Source of the DNA: Eledone cirrhosa
Lineage: Eukaryota
NCBI GenBank assembly: GCA_964016885.1
Contig: OZ024740.1
Coordinates: 49,476,001 to 49,540,000 of the forward strand
Reading direction: 5' to 3'
Length of the DNA: 64,000 bases
The notes below the pieces were generated by a model, which was not told where the DNA came from, made no database searches, and worked only from the letters and a program-made list of their open reading frames with translations. Below, piece by piece: positions 30,310 to 46,496 of the stretch. How positions within the stretch are numbered: position 1 is the first letter of the stretch; each line of letters opens with the position of its first letter. A program made the translations under genes and the position numbers.

Positions 30310-32090
30310 AATGTACCTTTCCCGCCATGTCTTCTGGAGGCTCGCAGCCAAGGCCATCTGCAAGTCTGTCACACCTCAACTAGGTAAGAAACTCAGACCA
30401 GTGGAGCTAGAGGTCGGTGTGGCCAGCGGGTGCGAAAGGGTGGCCCAACTCGCTAGATATTTCTTCAACAACTGGCCTCTCGAGTTGGTGTCAAGCGTTG
30501 CAACATAGCGCCGTCGAGCTTGACACGAGGAATGCTTTTAACAGTCTGCATCGCGACCACTTGCTGGAGACTTGCCTCAGCCATGACCCACCTGCCTATC
30601 CTCTGCATACTTGTCATACGGGTCATTGACCATGCTCCTCATCGTGGACAAGGTCATACCATCCTCAACAGGGTGATCCATTGGGCCCTCTCCACTTCGC
30701 TCTGGTACTTAGACTATGCGACGATAGGCGGGCCTGCAGCGAATATCTGCCACGATCTCCAATCAGAGGTTCTCACTCTGGTGAGGATCGGCCTCGAGAC
30801 AAACTCATCCATGTCGGAGGTCATAAACATCAATTACGACACAGAGGGATTCCATATCAGACGTGCGATTATCACTCCATCAGGTGCTGGTGACCTCTGG
30901 AGAATACTTTATCATCCCCGATTCACCGATCCTCCCACCTCCCTTTCACTCCATCCTCGGATCTAGGTTTCACCAGCGAGCGAGAAACTCTGACAAGCAA
31001 ACTAAACATGATCGACACCCGCTCTGCACTCTTTCTGTTAAGGAACTGCTTCGCCATACCGAAACACCTATACGCCTTTCGCAGTCTCACTGCTACAGCC
31101 AAGCATCTCTGCTCACAGATCTCGACTGCTGCATTCGAAGGTCTGTTGAGGCGATATGCAACGTCCTGTTTGACAACATTGGATGGCAACAGGCCACCTT
31201 ACCCGTCAGATATGGCGGCTTGCGTCTCTGGTTTCTCATTGGCCCTGCCGGCTTTTCTTTATTTGGAGACCTCTTATTGTATCCTCATTAAATGGGTTCC
31301 CCATAACACAACTGAACCTACGATGATCTGGAAACGAAAGATGGAGCCAGCTCGGCCTCCACTCTGCGGACGGCCACCCCTATCCTCTCTACTGACATCC
31401 GGACACCCCAAAACAAATGGGACGCCATCCTGTGCAGCATGACCTCAGATAGGCGGGTGTGCCGTCTTGACCAGCATTGTCAGTCATGTTTTTGCGCGGC
31501 GTTCCAACCGCACAGTGGTGCCTGGCTTAACGCAGCACCATCAATTGCGACCAGCACTCAGTTAGACGGTGACTGCTTGTGCATTGGTGTTTCTCTGAGG
31601 CTCGGCCTTCGGATTTGTAAGCCTCATAAATACCGCTGTGGATCCCATCGGCCTCCTCCAACTGTCATGCCGTTATAGTGCCAGCCACCTCCCACGCCAT
31701 GCTGCTCTCAACGAGATTATAAAGCATGAATTGGACACCACAGAATTCCTTTCCCAATTCGAGCCAGAGAGTCTGGACCGAGGGGACGCTAAAAGCACAG
31801 ACAACATGACAATCTCGTTCCACAGGGATAGGTTCCTCGTCTGGAATTCCACTTGTTGTGACACCTTCTTTAGCGGTAACCTGGTGTTTTCCGCTACCTA
31901 CCCAGACTTCGTTGTCCACCAGGCCGAAAAGGGCAAATTGTCGATGTATCAGGCGCTCTCTAATAGGTTTGTGGTAGAGCCTATTGCAGTCGAGACTTCC
32001 AGCGTTCTTGGCCCCCGGACCACATCCCTACTCACTGCTATCGAAGTGGAGTTGACGGCTCGTAAGTACATTCCCAGCGAGGCGGCCTTT
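30310..32090 (+). mobile_element. Degenerate CRE-like non-LTR retrotransposon (RT, Cys/His knuckle, restriction-like endonuclease)
   Basis: LDTRNAFNSLHR, WYLDYATIGG, QATLPVRYGGL, SGAWLNAAP, C..H..RCG, RHAALNEII, E..K..Y..L, PIAVETSSVLG over frameshifts. Confidence 0.85.
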
Positions 32091-33035
32091 CCCTTAAGGT
32101 ATGCTGTTTATATACCGCCCTTAAGATATGTTGTTTATATACTGCCCTCAAGATATGCTGTTTATATACTGCCCTTAAGGTATGCTGTTTATATACTACC
32201 CTTAAGATATGCTGTTTATATACTGCCCTTAAGGTATGCTGTTTATATACCGCCCTTAAGGTATGCTGTTTGTATACTGCCCTTAAGGTATGTTGTTTAT
32301 ATACTACCCTTAAGATATGCTGTTTATATACTGCCCTTAAGATATGCTGTTTGTATACTGCCCTCAAGATATGTTGTTTGTATACTGCCCTTAAGATATG
32401 TTGTTTATATACTGCCCTTAAGATATGCTGTTTATATACTGCCCTTAAGGTATGCTGTTTATATACTGCCCTTAAGGTATGCTGTTTATATACTGCCCTT
32501 AAGATATGCTGTTTATATACTGCCCTCAAGATATGCTGTTTATATACTGCCCTCAAGATATGCTGTTTATATACTGCCCTCAAGATATGCTGTTTATATA
32601 CCGCCCTTAAGATATGTTGTTTATATACCGCCCTCAAGGTATGCTGTTTATATACCGCCCTCAAGGTATGCTGTTTATATACTGCCCTTAAGATATGCTG
32701 TTTATATACTGCCCTCAAGATATGCTGTTTATATACTGCCCTTAAGGTATGCTGTTTATATACTGCCCTTAAGATATGCTGTTTATATACCGCCCTCAAG
32801 ATATGCTGTTTGTATACCGCCCTTAAGGTATGCTGTTTATATACTGCCCTTAAGGTATGTTGTTTATATACTGCCCTTAAGATATGCTGTTTATATACCG
32901 CCCTCAAGATATGCTGTTTGTATACCGCCCTTAAGGTATGCTGTTTATATACTGCCCCTAAGGTATGTTGTTTATATACTGCCCTTAAGGTATGTTGTTT
33001 ATATACCGCCCTTAAGGTATGCTGTTTATATACTG
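32091..33035. repeat. 27-bp minisatellite, ~35 units
   Basis: unit ccttaaggtatgctgtttatatactgc. Confidence 0.95.
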
Positions 33036-33491
33036 CTTTACTTTACCAGTTGAACAGATTCCCCTTAAAGTTTTTCCCCACTTTTAACCATGATGCGGAT
33101 CATCCTTTCAGCTAATACATCTATTTCCACTTGTAGTAAATATACAACGATTATACTCGGCATCTGTAAAACATTTTTTATACACGAGTCTCTGAAACAC
33201 TCCATAAAGTTAAAGCAATGTTCGTTTAAGAAATGTGACATTATAGAAGTAAACACAGTTTTCTTATTATTTTCTCATATTCAACTATTTCCTAACAAAT
33301 CTTACAGTTAAATAATTGAAGTTGTATTTCATAATGTCGACATAAATAATAATTACTATACATTTTGTTGTTTAATTTAAAAATAATTTAATTCTAGTTT
33401 CTCGGGGATAAGTACTTGGAATACAATTTAGCAATTCTCATAAACACTTTTGTTGCTTTCATATATTGGAAATAATCTCTTTCTTCCTAGT

Positions 33492-33672
33492 GTCGGCAGT
33501 ATCGGTAGAGGGTCGGACGCCCTGCTTTGTAGCAAAGAGTTACGGCCCTTTATGGTCTAAGTTAAAATCCCGCGGAGGTTAACTTTACCTTTCATCCTGA
33601 CGGGATCGATAAAATAAAGTACCAGTAATACACTGGGATAATTGCTGGCCTTGTGCCAAAATTAGAAACAAT
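33492..33672 (+). mobile_element. SINE family A
   Basis: A box, B-box variant, core and tail. Confidence 0.88.
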
Positions 33673-34527
33673 TATTTTGATTTTCTTTCAATATATTTAG
33701 ATAACTAGTGATTAAATTTTTATTGCAATTTCTTTGAAGTAAGTCAGCATGTTGAACAATTGAAACTTTAGTGTTTTGTAAGCGTTAAATGGCTGGTAAT
33801 TCAATTACCTCAACAGTTAATATTGATCAAATTTATTTATTACAATTTATTATTAAACAACTTGTTCCTTTATTGAGTGTTCTGAATGTTAGTAACACAC
33901 ATGCCGTCGATTCTAGATACAAATGACGACCGATTAATTAAAATTTATCAATATAAAAATAAAACTTGTCTCTAAATTGTTTTACTATTTTATAGAAAAT
34001 CTGAATTATACAATACATACAATATGTGTTGATCAAGGATTAGGTTAGAAATGCTTTGATGTTTGGCGGACGTAAGTCTCTAGTTGCTATGAAAATATAA
34101 AATGGTGGTTGATGTGTTTAGAAATAAAGAATTTATTTTCTCTCATAGGCATTACCATATTAGAATGTCTTTAATTTATATTTAATGGTTGGATTATAAT
34201 GTCTATAAAGGTGCCACATATCCAAGAGTTCATAAACTTCCAGTATATAATGTAGTAGGCATGATACACACTTCAAGTATACAATATATATGTAGCAAGA
34301 GACTTTCAGGAGAGCTGGACAGCAGGTCTTCAGAGAAAAATAAAAATAAACCTCAAGCGAGTGTTTCAGCCCTTAACTTCTTACATTCTAAGGGGGCCGG
34401 GTGGCATCCAGGTCATCATGACTCCTGGGTGGTATTCGGATTTCAGAGACGTGAATTTAAACCGTATGAAGATTTTGTTAGGATTTAGCTGGAACGTCTC
34501 CCCGTTGCCTCTGTTTTCAAACTTATA

Positions 34528-34948
34528 CAGGGTGCGGCAAAATGATCTGACACATTTGTACGTTTAATAAAAGCGAAATAGATTAAAGAATGCTATTTGG
34601 TTGATGTAATATTTAAAACAAAATAAAACAAAATGGCATTATATGTATATTTATGTATAGAGGCGGTGGATTGGCAGTATCGGTAGAGGGTCGGACGCCA
34701 TGCTTTGATGCATAGAGTTACGGCCCTTGCCATTCTGAGTTCAAATCCCGCCGAGGTTAACTTTGCCTTTCATCCTTACGGGGTCGATAAAATAAAGTAC
34801 CAGTAATGCACTGGGTAATTGCTGGCCTTGTGCCAAAATTAGAAACAATTATATGTATATATAGAAAATAAAAATACTTTGTTCATTCTTTATTCTATTT
34901 CGCTTTTATAAAAGGTACAAATGCGTCAGATCATTTTGCCGCAGCTTG
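34528..34948. mobile_element. Tc1-type MITE containing a nested SINE A (34662-34850)
   Basis: ~55-bp TIRs cagggtgcggcaaaatgatctgac / gtcagatcattttgccgcagcttg flanked by TA; the SINE has attatatgtatat on both sides. Confidence 0.85.
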
Positions 34949-35844
34949 TATTTAAACGTTTCATTGAGTTTAGAAAAATAACGTTGGTAGTCATTGATAG
35001 CGGTGGGGCATCAACAGTATCGCCTCCGCCGCAGCCAACACTACAAACCACGACTAACTCAGAGTTACTTCCCTTAGCATGCGTTAAAATATGGGCGAAG
35101 TCAAGAAAAAAAAAGAAACTAATACAAATAAGATAAAATATGCTACAAACCAATGTGCTGCAATTGAAAGGTAGTGAGATAGAGACGAGGCCCAACATAC
35201 TGTTTTGTTTGTTTAGACGTAAAATCCTAAATAAACAAGCACAACAAGCAGAGGGAGAGAGGAGGAGAGAGTAAGTGTGTGAGTATATATATATATAATC
35301 TTTCCCCTCTACACATTTGAAGATAATGCCACCCACACCCAGCGCATCAGCAAGGAATCTTACTTTATTAACAAATACGGACCCCGTCTAAACACTTCTC
35401 CCTAAGACGAACCCACAACATACACACGTCCACATACATACCTACATCAACATACATCCTACATTCATTTCTATCCACAAGTATCCCATACGGCAGGGCC
35501 TAATGGATTCCCTTGCAGTACGTACAATCTGGACACACTCACACACACCTTGGTGTTATGACAATACTATACATCATTTCACCTCTTTTATTATTGAACA
35601 TTCACGTGACTTCTACCGACCAATCAGAATTATAGTGCTTATTCACGTGACATTCAACAACCAACCAAATCACGAACGTTCTATCTGAAGATTATTTTTG
35701 AAAAGCATTTGAAATGCGCAACCGGTAAAAAACTAAAACTAACACTGAATACTAACCATTACTTATTACTAGTTTATACTTATTCCTAATTAAACTATTT
35801 TTCACTGGAAAAAATCTGTCAGCATTTTCTTTTCCTTTTTACTA

Positions 35845-36122
35845 ATATATATATATATGAATGTATATATAGTGTATTTTGCAATACACTTTATGCTTAA
35901 TTAAAAGCATTTTGAAGACCGTATGCTATTGTTTTAGAGTAGTGACAAACTCACTTACTTTAATTTCAGCAAACAGGGGGAGATAAAGCAATACCTGTTT
36001 GCTGAAATTAAAGTAAGTGAGTATGTCACTACTCTAAAACAATAGCATACGGTCTTCAAAATGCTTTTAATTAAGCATAAAGTGTATTGCAAAATACACT
36101 ATATATACATTCATATATATAT
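35845..36122. repeat. Near-perfect hairpin, ~130-bp arms, ~16-nt spacer
   Basis: 35845-35977 is the reverse complement of 35994-36122 with about one mismatch. Confidence 0.9.
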
Positions 36123-36454
36123 GGCTATTTCAGAGCACCAATTCTAATTTATATATATATATATATATATAAGCAAAGAGTTATTTAATTTGTTGGTTAT
36201 TCAACAAATATATTTTTTAACAGATTCGAAGCACTCTACAAGTTTCTTCTGGAGTTTAATATCAATAATATTAATAAATGGAAACTCTCTTTATGAAACC
36301 ATATTTATTTTATTATATATATTTCAAGGGTACCAACATTTTGGCACGCTCTCACCAGATAAAATACAAAAGTTGTTTTACAGATAGTGATATATCCCAA
36401 AACAAGAACTTATCGTTTTAAGTTCTGTTTGAATAGCTATTCAATGTATGTATG

Positions 36455-36508
<54 letters not shown>

Positions 36509-36703
36509 ACGAAGGAAGTGTGGTAAGGAACCAGGTGGACCATAACGCACCAGAGTACTCGATACTTTGGGCAGTAGAGTGGGTAATAGGAAAAGAGTCA
36601 AGAGCCCGACGGCAGAGCTCAAGCCGTTTCGACGGCTATTTCTGGAGTCCAGAAATACTCGTCGAAACGGCTTGAGCTCTGCCGTCGGGCTCTTGACTCT
36701 TTT

Positions 36704-36759
<56 letters not shown>

Positions 36760-36779
36760 ATATATACACACATATATAT

Positions 36780-37590
36780 ATAAATATATAAATGTAAGTA
36801 TGTATGTATACGTACATACATATATGTATACAGACGTACAGTAGTATGTATAAATACATATATGCACACATATATATATGTACGTATGGGTTTACTGAAC
36901 ATTTATTATAAGGTTTGGTTTGTTTGTAAACAAACAGCCCGAATTACGCCGTACAGTGTTCAGGCAACCATCGTCGCCTTTTTGTTCAACACTGACACAG
37001 GAACGATGTACTAGTTTCAAGCTTATTGGCTATCGTCAGCATCGTATACCTTCCTGCCAGATGATTGAACGTTTGAAAGTATATACTTTCCTTGTGCATA
37101 TTAACGGCTGAGCAGCCTAATTTGCATATCGAGTGAGTTAGTCGGCCGGGCGCATCGAAAACGATAAATGGAAAAGTATGAAACAAAATTTCATTTCTCA
37201 TTCTTAGTACGGCTGATACTTAAATGTAAGTATGTATGTATACGTACATACATATATGTATACAGACGTACAGTCGTATGTATATATATACATACATGCA
37301 CACATATATATATGTACGTATGGGTTTACCGAACATTTATTATAAGGTTTGGTTTGTTTGTAAACAAACAGCCTGAATTACGCCTTACAGTGTTCAGGCA
37401 ACCATCGTCGCCTTTTTGTTCAACACTGACACAGGAACGATGTTCGAGTTAGTTTCAAGCTTATTAGCTATCGTCAGCATCGTATACCCTCCTGCCAGAT
37501 GATTGAACGTCTGAAAGTATATACTTTCCTTATATGCATATTAACGGCTGAGCAGCCTAATTTGCATATCGAGTGAGTTAGTCGGCCATT
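36780..37590 (-). mobile_element. Tandem pair of PLE-type repeats (also at 52435-52925, folded back)
   Basis: 36790-37148 is repeated at 37220-37587; each unit has a hammerhead motif. Confidence 0.75.
37003..37045 (-). ncRNA. Minimal type I hammerhead ribozyme
   Basis: ACGATG-CTGACGA-T-AGC-caataa-GCT-T-GAAAC-TA-GTA-CATCGT; 6-bp stem I, palindromic ACTAGT stem III, GUA site. Confidence 0.85.
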
Positions 37591-37710
37591 TAGCAGCTTC
37601 TAGCCCGGTCATCCGCCCGGGCTAGAAGCTGCTAAATGCTTGGCCGCCCTCATATCTCTGCTTTTCAGCCCCATGGATTTTGTCTATTATATTCCTTTGT
37701 TAAATTTCGA

Positions 37711-37791
37711 ATACCTGATGATGTCACCGGATTCATACTGAACCCGGTCACGGATTCATACTGAACCCGGTCACTGAAATGATCATAGTAT
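37711..37791 (+). ncRNA. Type I hammerhead ribozyme with 23-nt duplication in stem II
   Basis: ATAC-CTGATGA-T-GTcACCGG...CCGGTcAC-T-GAAAT-GATC-ATA-GTAT; palindromic ATGATCAT, AUA site. Confidence 0.75.
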
Positions 37792-38002
37792 AATAAACCT
37801 TTTAAGGAATTACACTAGTTCAGCCTCCTGTTATTTTATAATAATTAACTTCATACTCGCACCACCAACAACACAAACGAAGACGAGTGAGTTGCATTAC
37901 TTCGAGGGCTCTCCCTAATATCACATCGAGTTTGACCATACGGAATGACCAGTTCTATCCAGTGGTAAACCAACAAACCTAAATATATATATATGTATAT
38001 AT

Positions 38003-38635
38003 AGTATTAATATTGAAGAGCTTCTACAGGACTAGAACTGTTTCATTCGTGAGAAATCATCAGGAATCTGACTGTCCAAGTAAATATAGTGGTATTTATA
38101 TCTCCTCTGGCGGTAGGAGAGGGTGGGGAGTGGGATGGGTGGAGGTCATTGGCTGAAAGAAAAGGGAATTCATTAAAAGCTAATTCTTTAAAGCTATAAT
38201 TTATATTTAGAGTGACAAAGGCAGAAAGAATTCTATAAACCTCCAACCATCTTATAGACACCTGAAATATAGACATTGTTAGCTTAAGAGAAACTTAAAA
38301 ATAAGGAGTGGCTCCCCAATTTGAACTTGTTTATAGAATTATTTCTGCCTTTGTCACTCTAAATATAAATTATAGCTTTAAAGAATTAGCTTTTAATGAA
38401 TTCCCTTTTCTTTCAACCAATGACCTCCACCCATCCCACTCTCCACCCTCTCCTACTGCCAGAAATAAATACCACCATATTTATTGTGACAGTTAGATTC
38501 CTGATGATTTCTAACGAATGAAACAGTTCTAGTCCTGTAGAAGCTCTTCTATATTAATACTTTTATACTCTGCTATGTATTGAGTACCTTACTTACTGTG
38601 GTTACCTCCGATTCCAACCGGAATAACTTACCTAT
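38003..38635. mobile_element. Fold-back PLE-type repeat in (TA)n (arms ~38003-38245 / ~38325-38560)
   Basis: Inverted arms; family pieces also at 16728-16835 and 60619-60786. Confidence 0.8.
38498..38542 (+). ncRNA. Type I hammerhead ribozyme (inverted copy 38022-38066)
   Basis: TTC-CTGATGA-T-TTC-taac-GAA-T-GAA-ACAG-ttctagtc-CTGT-A-GAA; GUA site. Confidence 0.75.
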
Positions 38636-38677
38636 GTATATATATATACACACACATATATATACACACACATATAT

Positions 38678-38773
<96 letters not shown>

Positions 38774-38916
38774 ATTAGAATACTGGCGCGTGTTGGAGTC
38801 AAACACCCTCTTCGTATTATAGAAATGACAGTAAAAGGTATAGCTCAATGCAGTTAAACAGAGCCAAAAAATTAAGAGAGTAAAACAAAGAATCCTTTAA
38901 TACATCAACACTTTTT

Positions 38917-38961
38917 ATTACCCGACAATGTTTCGTCCTATTAAGGACTCATCAGGGCAAT
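38917..38961 (-). ncRNA. Canonical minimal hammerhead ribozyme
   Basis: ATTGCC-CTGATGA-GTCCT-taat-AGGAC-GAAAC-att-GTC-GGgTAAT. Confidence 0.88.
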
Positions 38962-39301
38962 CAAAACAACAAGAGGTAATATCGGCAGATACAAGCCAGA
39001 AACTCTGAAGAATATGGAGTGTACATACACTAATGTCTTACAAAAATATATGATAATAAAAATGAAAATAAAAATAAAAATAATAAAAATATATAATAAG
39101 AATAACTAAGGATGTAGATAACATTAAGAACCATATTACAAATATAGTCCAAAGCAACTAACCTAAATCTAAACAAATTTGGTTATATAGAGCAGGAATT
39201 ATATATAACACAATATAATACATTATAATAATAATATACTTTTACCAACATTAAAATTACAAATTAAAAATCAAAAGGTACAATATATACATGCATGTAT
39301 G

Positions 39302-39379
<78 letters not shown>

Positions 39380-40776
39380 ACAAGACACACATCTATGTTC
39401 CACTACACAAAATTAAGCCCTATTAGAAGTTTGAATATTAAAAATAAGCATGATAAGAGTGAAAATAATACTAATACATCTACCCAATATACATGAGGCA
39501 ATAATATGATATAATTACAAGAAACACATATAACAAATAATAAACAACAAAATTATATAATTCAATATAATATAATAAAATAGATAATCCCCGGTTAATT
39601 TACAGAAACAATATAGATGTCACAATAAAATACAATGATAATACGTTAACAATGTACTAACATTTACCATAAACAATATATACAAATCGATTCATACTGG
39701 GTTACAGAATAAATGAGGAAAAATAAATTATATAATATATAATACTCCAAAAAACACTATAATGGTACAGGGAAAAATTATGATGTTACAGAAAAAAATA
39801 TACAGACATCTAACATGATATGTAAAGTCTAAATATCATAATGTTACATATAATGAACAGTAAGTAATAAGGATCAATATTAGAATACAATATAATATAA
39901 TATATTATAAATTGGCATAAAATATATAAATACTTATAATTACAAGGTTAGTAGACAGACATATGTGGATGAGTGAGCGAAGCCAGACAGTGAATAGTAA
40001 ATAGAATATAGAATAAAATAAATAAATACAATCAACCGGAAATTACAAAACAAAAGCAAATATATACACACTTAGGCCTCGCGTGCATTTAAGAAATTAG
40101 GTAAACACTAAGGAAAACAATCTTTTTAATTGACTCCAAACCCTATTTGATAAATTAATATTAAAAATATCGAACCCGTCCAATAAGGTAGTATAATATT
40201 AGCTCTAGTTTAAGTCATTAAAGTTTATAAACTTTAATGTATCGTTACAAATGTTTACAAAAAGGAATGAAAATTTTATACTATCATATACGCAACGATA
40301 TCTAAAAAACTGACTTAAGTAGAATTAAGGTAGGCTAATGGGGACAGAATTGACGAAATATATGGAGGGTGCGAAGTGGCATAAAATATAGTCGATATAC
40401 TATAATAAATAATAGAACGGAGCATAAAAGAGGGAGGGGGGGTTAAATATAATCATAGTCAATCTGGAGGGGTTGACAATAAGTTTATGTGCGCATGGGG
40501 GGGGGGGAGGGGTTGTCGAAAGATAAATCAGAATAGACTTAGAAATAAAAATAGAAGTAAAAATAGAATTATATATATATATATATACACACACACATAT
40601 ATTGGACAACATCGTGAGCAAAAGGGGTGTTTACCATTTTTATATACATATACATATACATAACGAAGGAAATGTGGTAAGGAACCAGGTGGACCATAAC
40701 GCACCAAAGTACTTAGGGTAGTAGAGTGGGTAATAGGAACAAGTAAGACCCCTAGGGGTCTTACTTGTTCCTATAC

Positions 40777-40834
<58 letters not shown>

Positions 40835-40875
40835 AATACTGTTGACTTTTTGCTACAATGTTTTCTATACCTTTC

Positions 40876-42285
<1,410 letters not shown>

Positions 42286-42286
42286 T

Positions 42287-42380
<94 letters not shown>

Positions 42381-42760
42381 GTGTTTTTTTTTTACAAAAT
42401 CAAAAATAACCGAGGTGTCCTACACGAGTGAAAGTATAAAGAAAAAGAGATGAAATCGAAAATGCAACTGGAGTCTTATTTAAAAAAAATATATATATAT
42501 TTATTTGGTTACTTTACCGGTTTGGCAGTTCTTCTGCTTTTCAAAAGGTGAGTTGAGATATATATATATATATATAGTACAATTTAAAAAATATGATCAA
42601 CACTAATGTGTTTTTTTTTGCAAAATGACAATAATCTGACAATAAGTGTCATTTTGCAAAAAAAAACAACGCATTAGTGTTGATCATATTTTTTAAATTG
42701 TACTGTAATGCTCAGAAGTATTTTCTTAGAGCTTAATAATTGTATTTGACTACTAAATTG

Positions 42761-42797
<37 letters not shown>

Positions 42798-42799
42798 AA

Positions 42800-43017
42800 G
42801 GGTAAAGGGTAAACACCCCCTTTGCTCACGATGTTGTCCAAGGGAATGCTAAAGACGATACATCTTGGCACCAGTGACGCGTCGCAACTCATTTCTACAA
42901 TGACCAACGTGAAATAAAGTGTCTTGCTCAAGGATACAACGCATCACCTGGTCTGAGAATCGAACACACAACCTCTCGATTGCAAGCCCAATGCTGTAAC
43001 CACTAAGCCATGCGCCT
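42800..43017 (-). mobile_element. SINE family B
   Basis: tRNA-like head on the minus strand (ggcgcatggcttagtggttacagcattggg...gttcgattctc). Confidence 0.8.
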
Positions 43018-43384
43018 CTGTGTGTGTGTGTGTATGTATGTATGTATATATGTATGTATGTATGTATGTATGTGTATGTATGCATATGTGTGTATGTGTG
43101 TATGTAGTGTTACGTGTATGTATAAATGTAATTGTAATTTTACAACATGGCTGACTGGCTACACACATGTTTCTTCCTGAAAAAATGTGTTTTTCTTTTG
43201 ATTCTCTCGTCTATCATTCTATTTTTTTCCCTTGTCTCATTCTATTTTCCAACGAAGGACTAACGTCCGAAACATGAAAACTTCCACTAACAAACTATTA
43301 TCATCATTGTTTGCATTTCATTTTATTGTTCTACCATGCTTCTTTTCTTTGTGGACTTTTCTCATGTATGTATATAAGTGTGTT

Positions 43385-43514
<130 letters not shown>

Positions 43515-43693
43515 CGTGCGTGACTACTACATTATATACCGTAAACATAGAGAACTCCAGCATATCAAGTATCATCGTCTCAATCCGTTGAGAGTCGACG
43601 ATGACTGTCAATAGGAAATGTTGTGCGTTGCTGTATTAGAAGTGAATCGATATACTGTTATTGAGGACGATGACACCGGCAATGATGATGGGA

Positions 43694-44975
<1,282 letters not shown>

Positions 44976-45104
44976 CGGTGACGACCATGATAGTATTCAT
45001 AATGATAATGTTGATGATGATAGTGATGACCCCCCGATGTGGTGAATAAATGTGTTATCTTTCGCGTGTGTCATTTAGGAAGTTTCATTGTGATATTTAC
45101 ACAC

Positions 45105-45546
45105 TTTGTTATTGTTATTACTGTTGTTGTTGTTGATATTGATGTTGTTGTTGTTGATGTTGTTGTTATTATTATTGATGCTATTGTTATTATTATTGTT
45201 GATGTTATTGATGTTGTTGTTGTTATTGATGTTGTTGTTGTTATTGTTGATATTGATGTTGTTATTGATGTTGTTGTTGATGTTGATGTTGTTGTTGTTA
45301 TTGTTGTTGTTATTGTTATTGATGTTGTTGTTGTTATTATTGATGCTGTTGTTGTTATTGATGTTGTTGTTATTATTATTGATGCTGTTGATGTTATTGA
45401 TGTTGTTGTTGTTGTTGTTGTTGTTATTGATGTTGTTGTTGTTGTTGATGTTGTTATTATTGATGCTGTTGTTGTTATTGATGTTGTTGCTGTTATTATT
45501 ATTGATGCTGTTGATGTTATTGATGTTGTTGTTGTTGTTGTTGTTA

Positions 45547-45578
<32 letters not shown>

Positions 45579-45613
45579 ATTGATGTTGTTGTTGTTGTTG
45601 ATGTTATTGATGT

Positions 45614-45647
<34 letters not shown>

Positions 45648-45675
45648 ATTGATGTTGTTGTTGTTGTTGATGTTA

Positions 45676-45707
<32 letters not shown>

Positions 45708-45792
45708 ATTGATGTTGTTATTATTGATGTTGTTGTTGTTATTGATGTTGTTGTTGTTATTGTTGATGTTGTTGTTGATATTGTTGTTGTTA

Positions 45793-45824
<32 letters not shown>

Positions 45825-46022
45825 ATTGATGTTGTTGTTGTTGTTGTTATTGATGTTGTTGTTGTTGTTATTGATGTTGTTGTTGTTATTGTTGATGTTG
45901 TTGTTATTGATGTTGTTGTTGTTGTTGTTATTGATGTTGCTATTGCTACTGATGTATTTATTGTTGTTGATGTCGTTGTTGATGTTGCTAATTGTTGTTC
46001 TTGTTGCTATTATTATTATTAT
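45105..46022. repeat. (GTT/GAT/ATT)n trinucleotide array
   Basis: direct inspection. Confidence 0.97.
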
Positions 46023-46023
46023 T

Positions 46024-46200
46024 TGGCAGTATCGGTAGAGGGTCAGACATGCTTTCCAGCATAGAGTTACGTCCCTTTACGATCTGAGTTCAAATCCCGC
46101 CGAGGTTAACTTTGCCTTTCATCCTTACGGGGTCGATAAAATAAAGTACCAGTAATGTACTGGTATAATTACTGACCTTGTGCCAAAAGTAGAAACAATT
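46024..46200 (+). mobile_element. SINE family A
   Basis: A box, B box, core and tail. Confidence 0.9.
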
Positions 46201-46496
46201 ATTTTATAACATCACTTGGTTCTTCTTAAAAACAATGAAAAGAACGGTGGATATTTGTTGAGGTAATGGAACAAAATCAATTAGATTAAATTATTGATTA
46301 TTATGTTCCGTAGCAGAGTAATTTAGAGAATATTATGCCAGTTCATGTGTGGCAATATAGAAAATAGAAGTAGGAAGAGAGGTATGCGAAAGTTATTCTT
46401 GCTATTGATGTTGCTGGTGTTAACCCAAACCTGCCCTGATTGAGCAGATCTATGATAGTCAGGCTTTGATCATTCCATCTTTGTTTTTAATATAAA

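Noticed and set aside
32091-33035. CRISPR-like regular repeats (also 10166-10420)
   Set aside because: No unique spacers, head-to-tail minisatellites, eukaryotic context
42955-43017. tRNA gene
   Set aside because: tRNA-like head continues into a repeated SINE body; no complete cloverleaf
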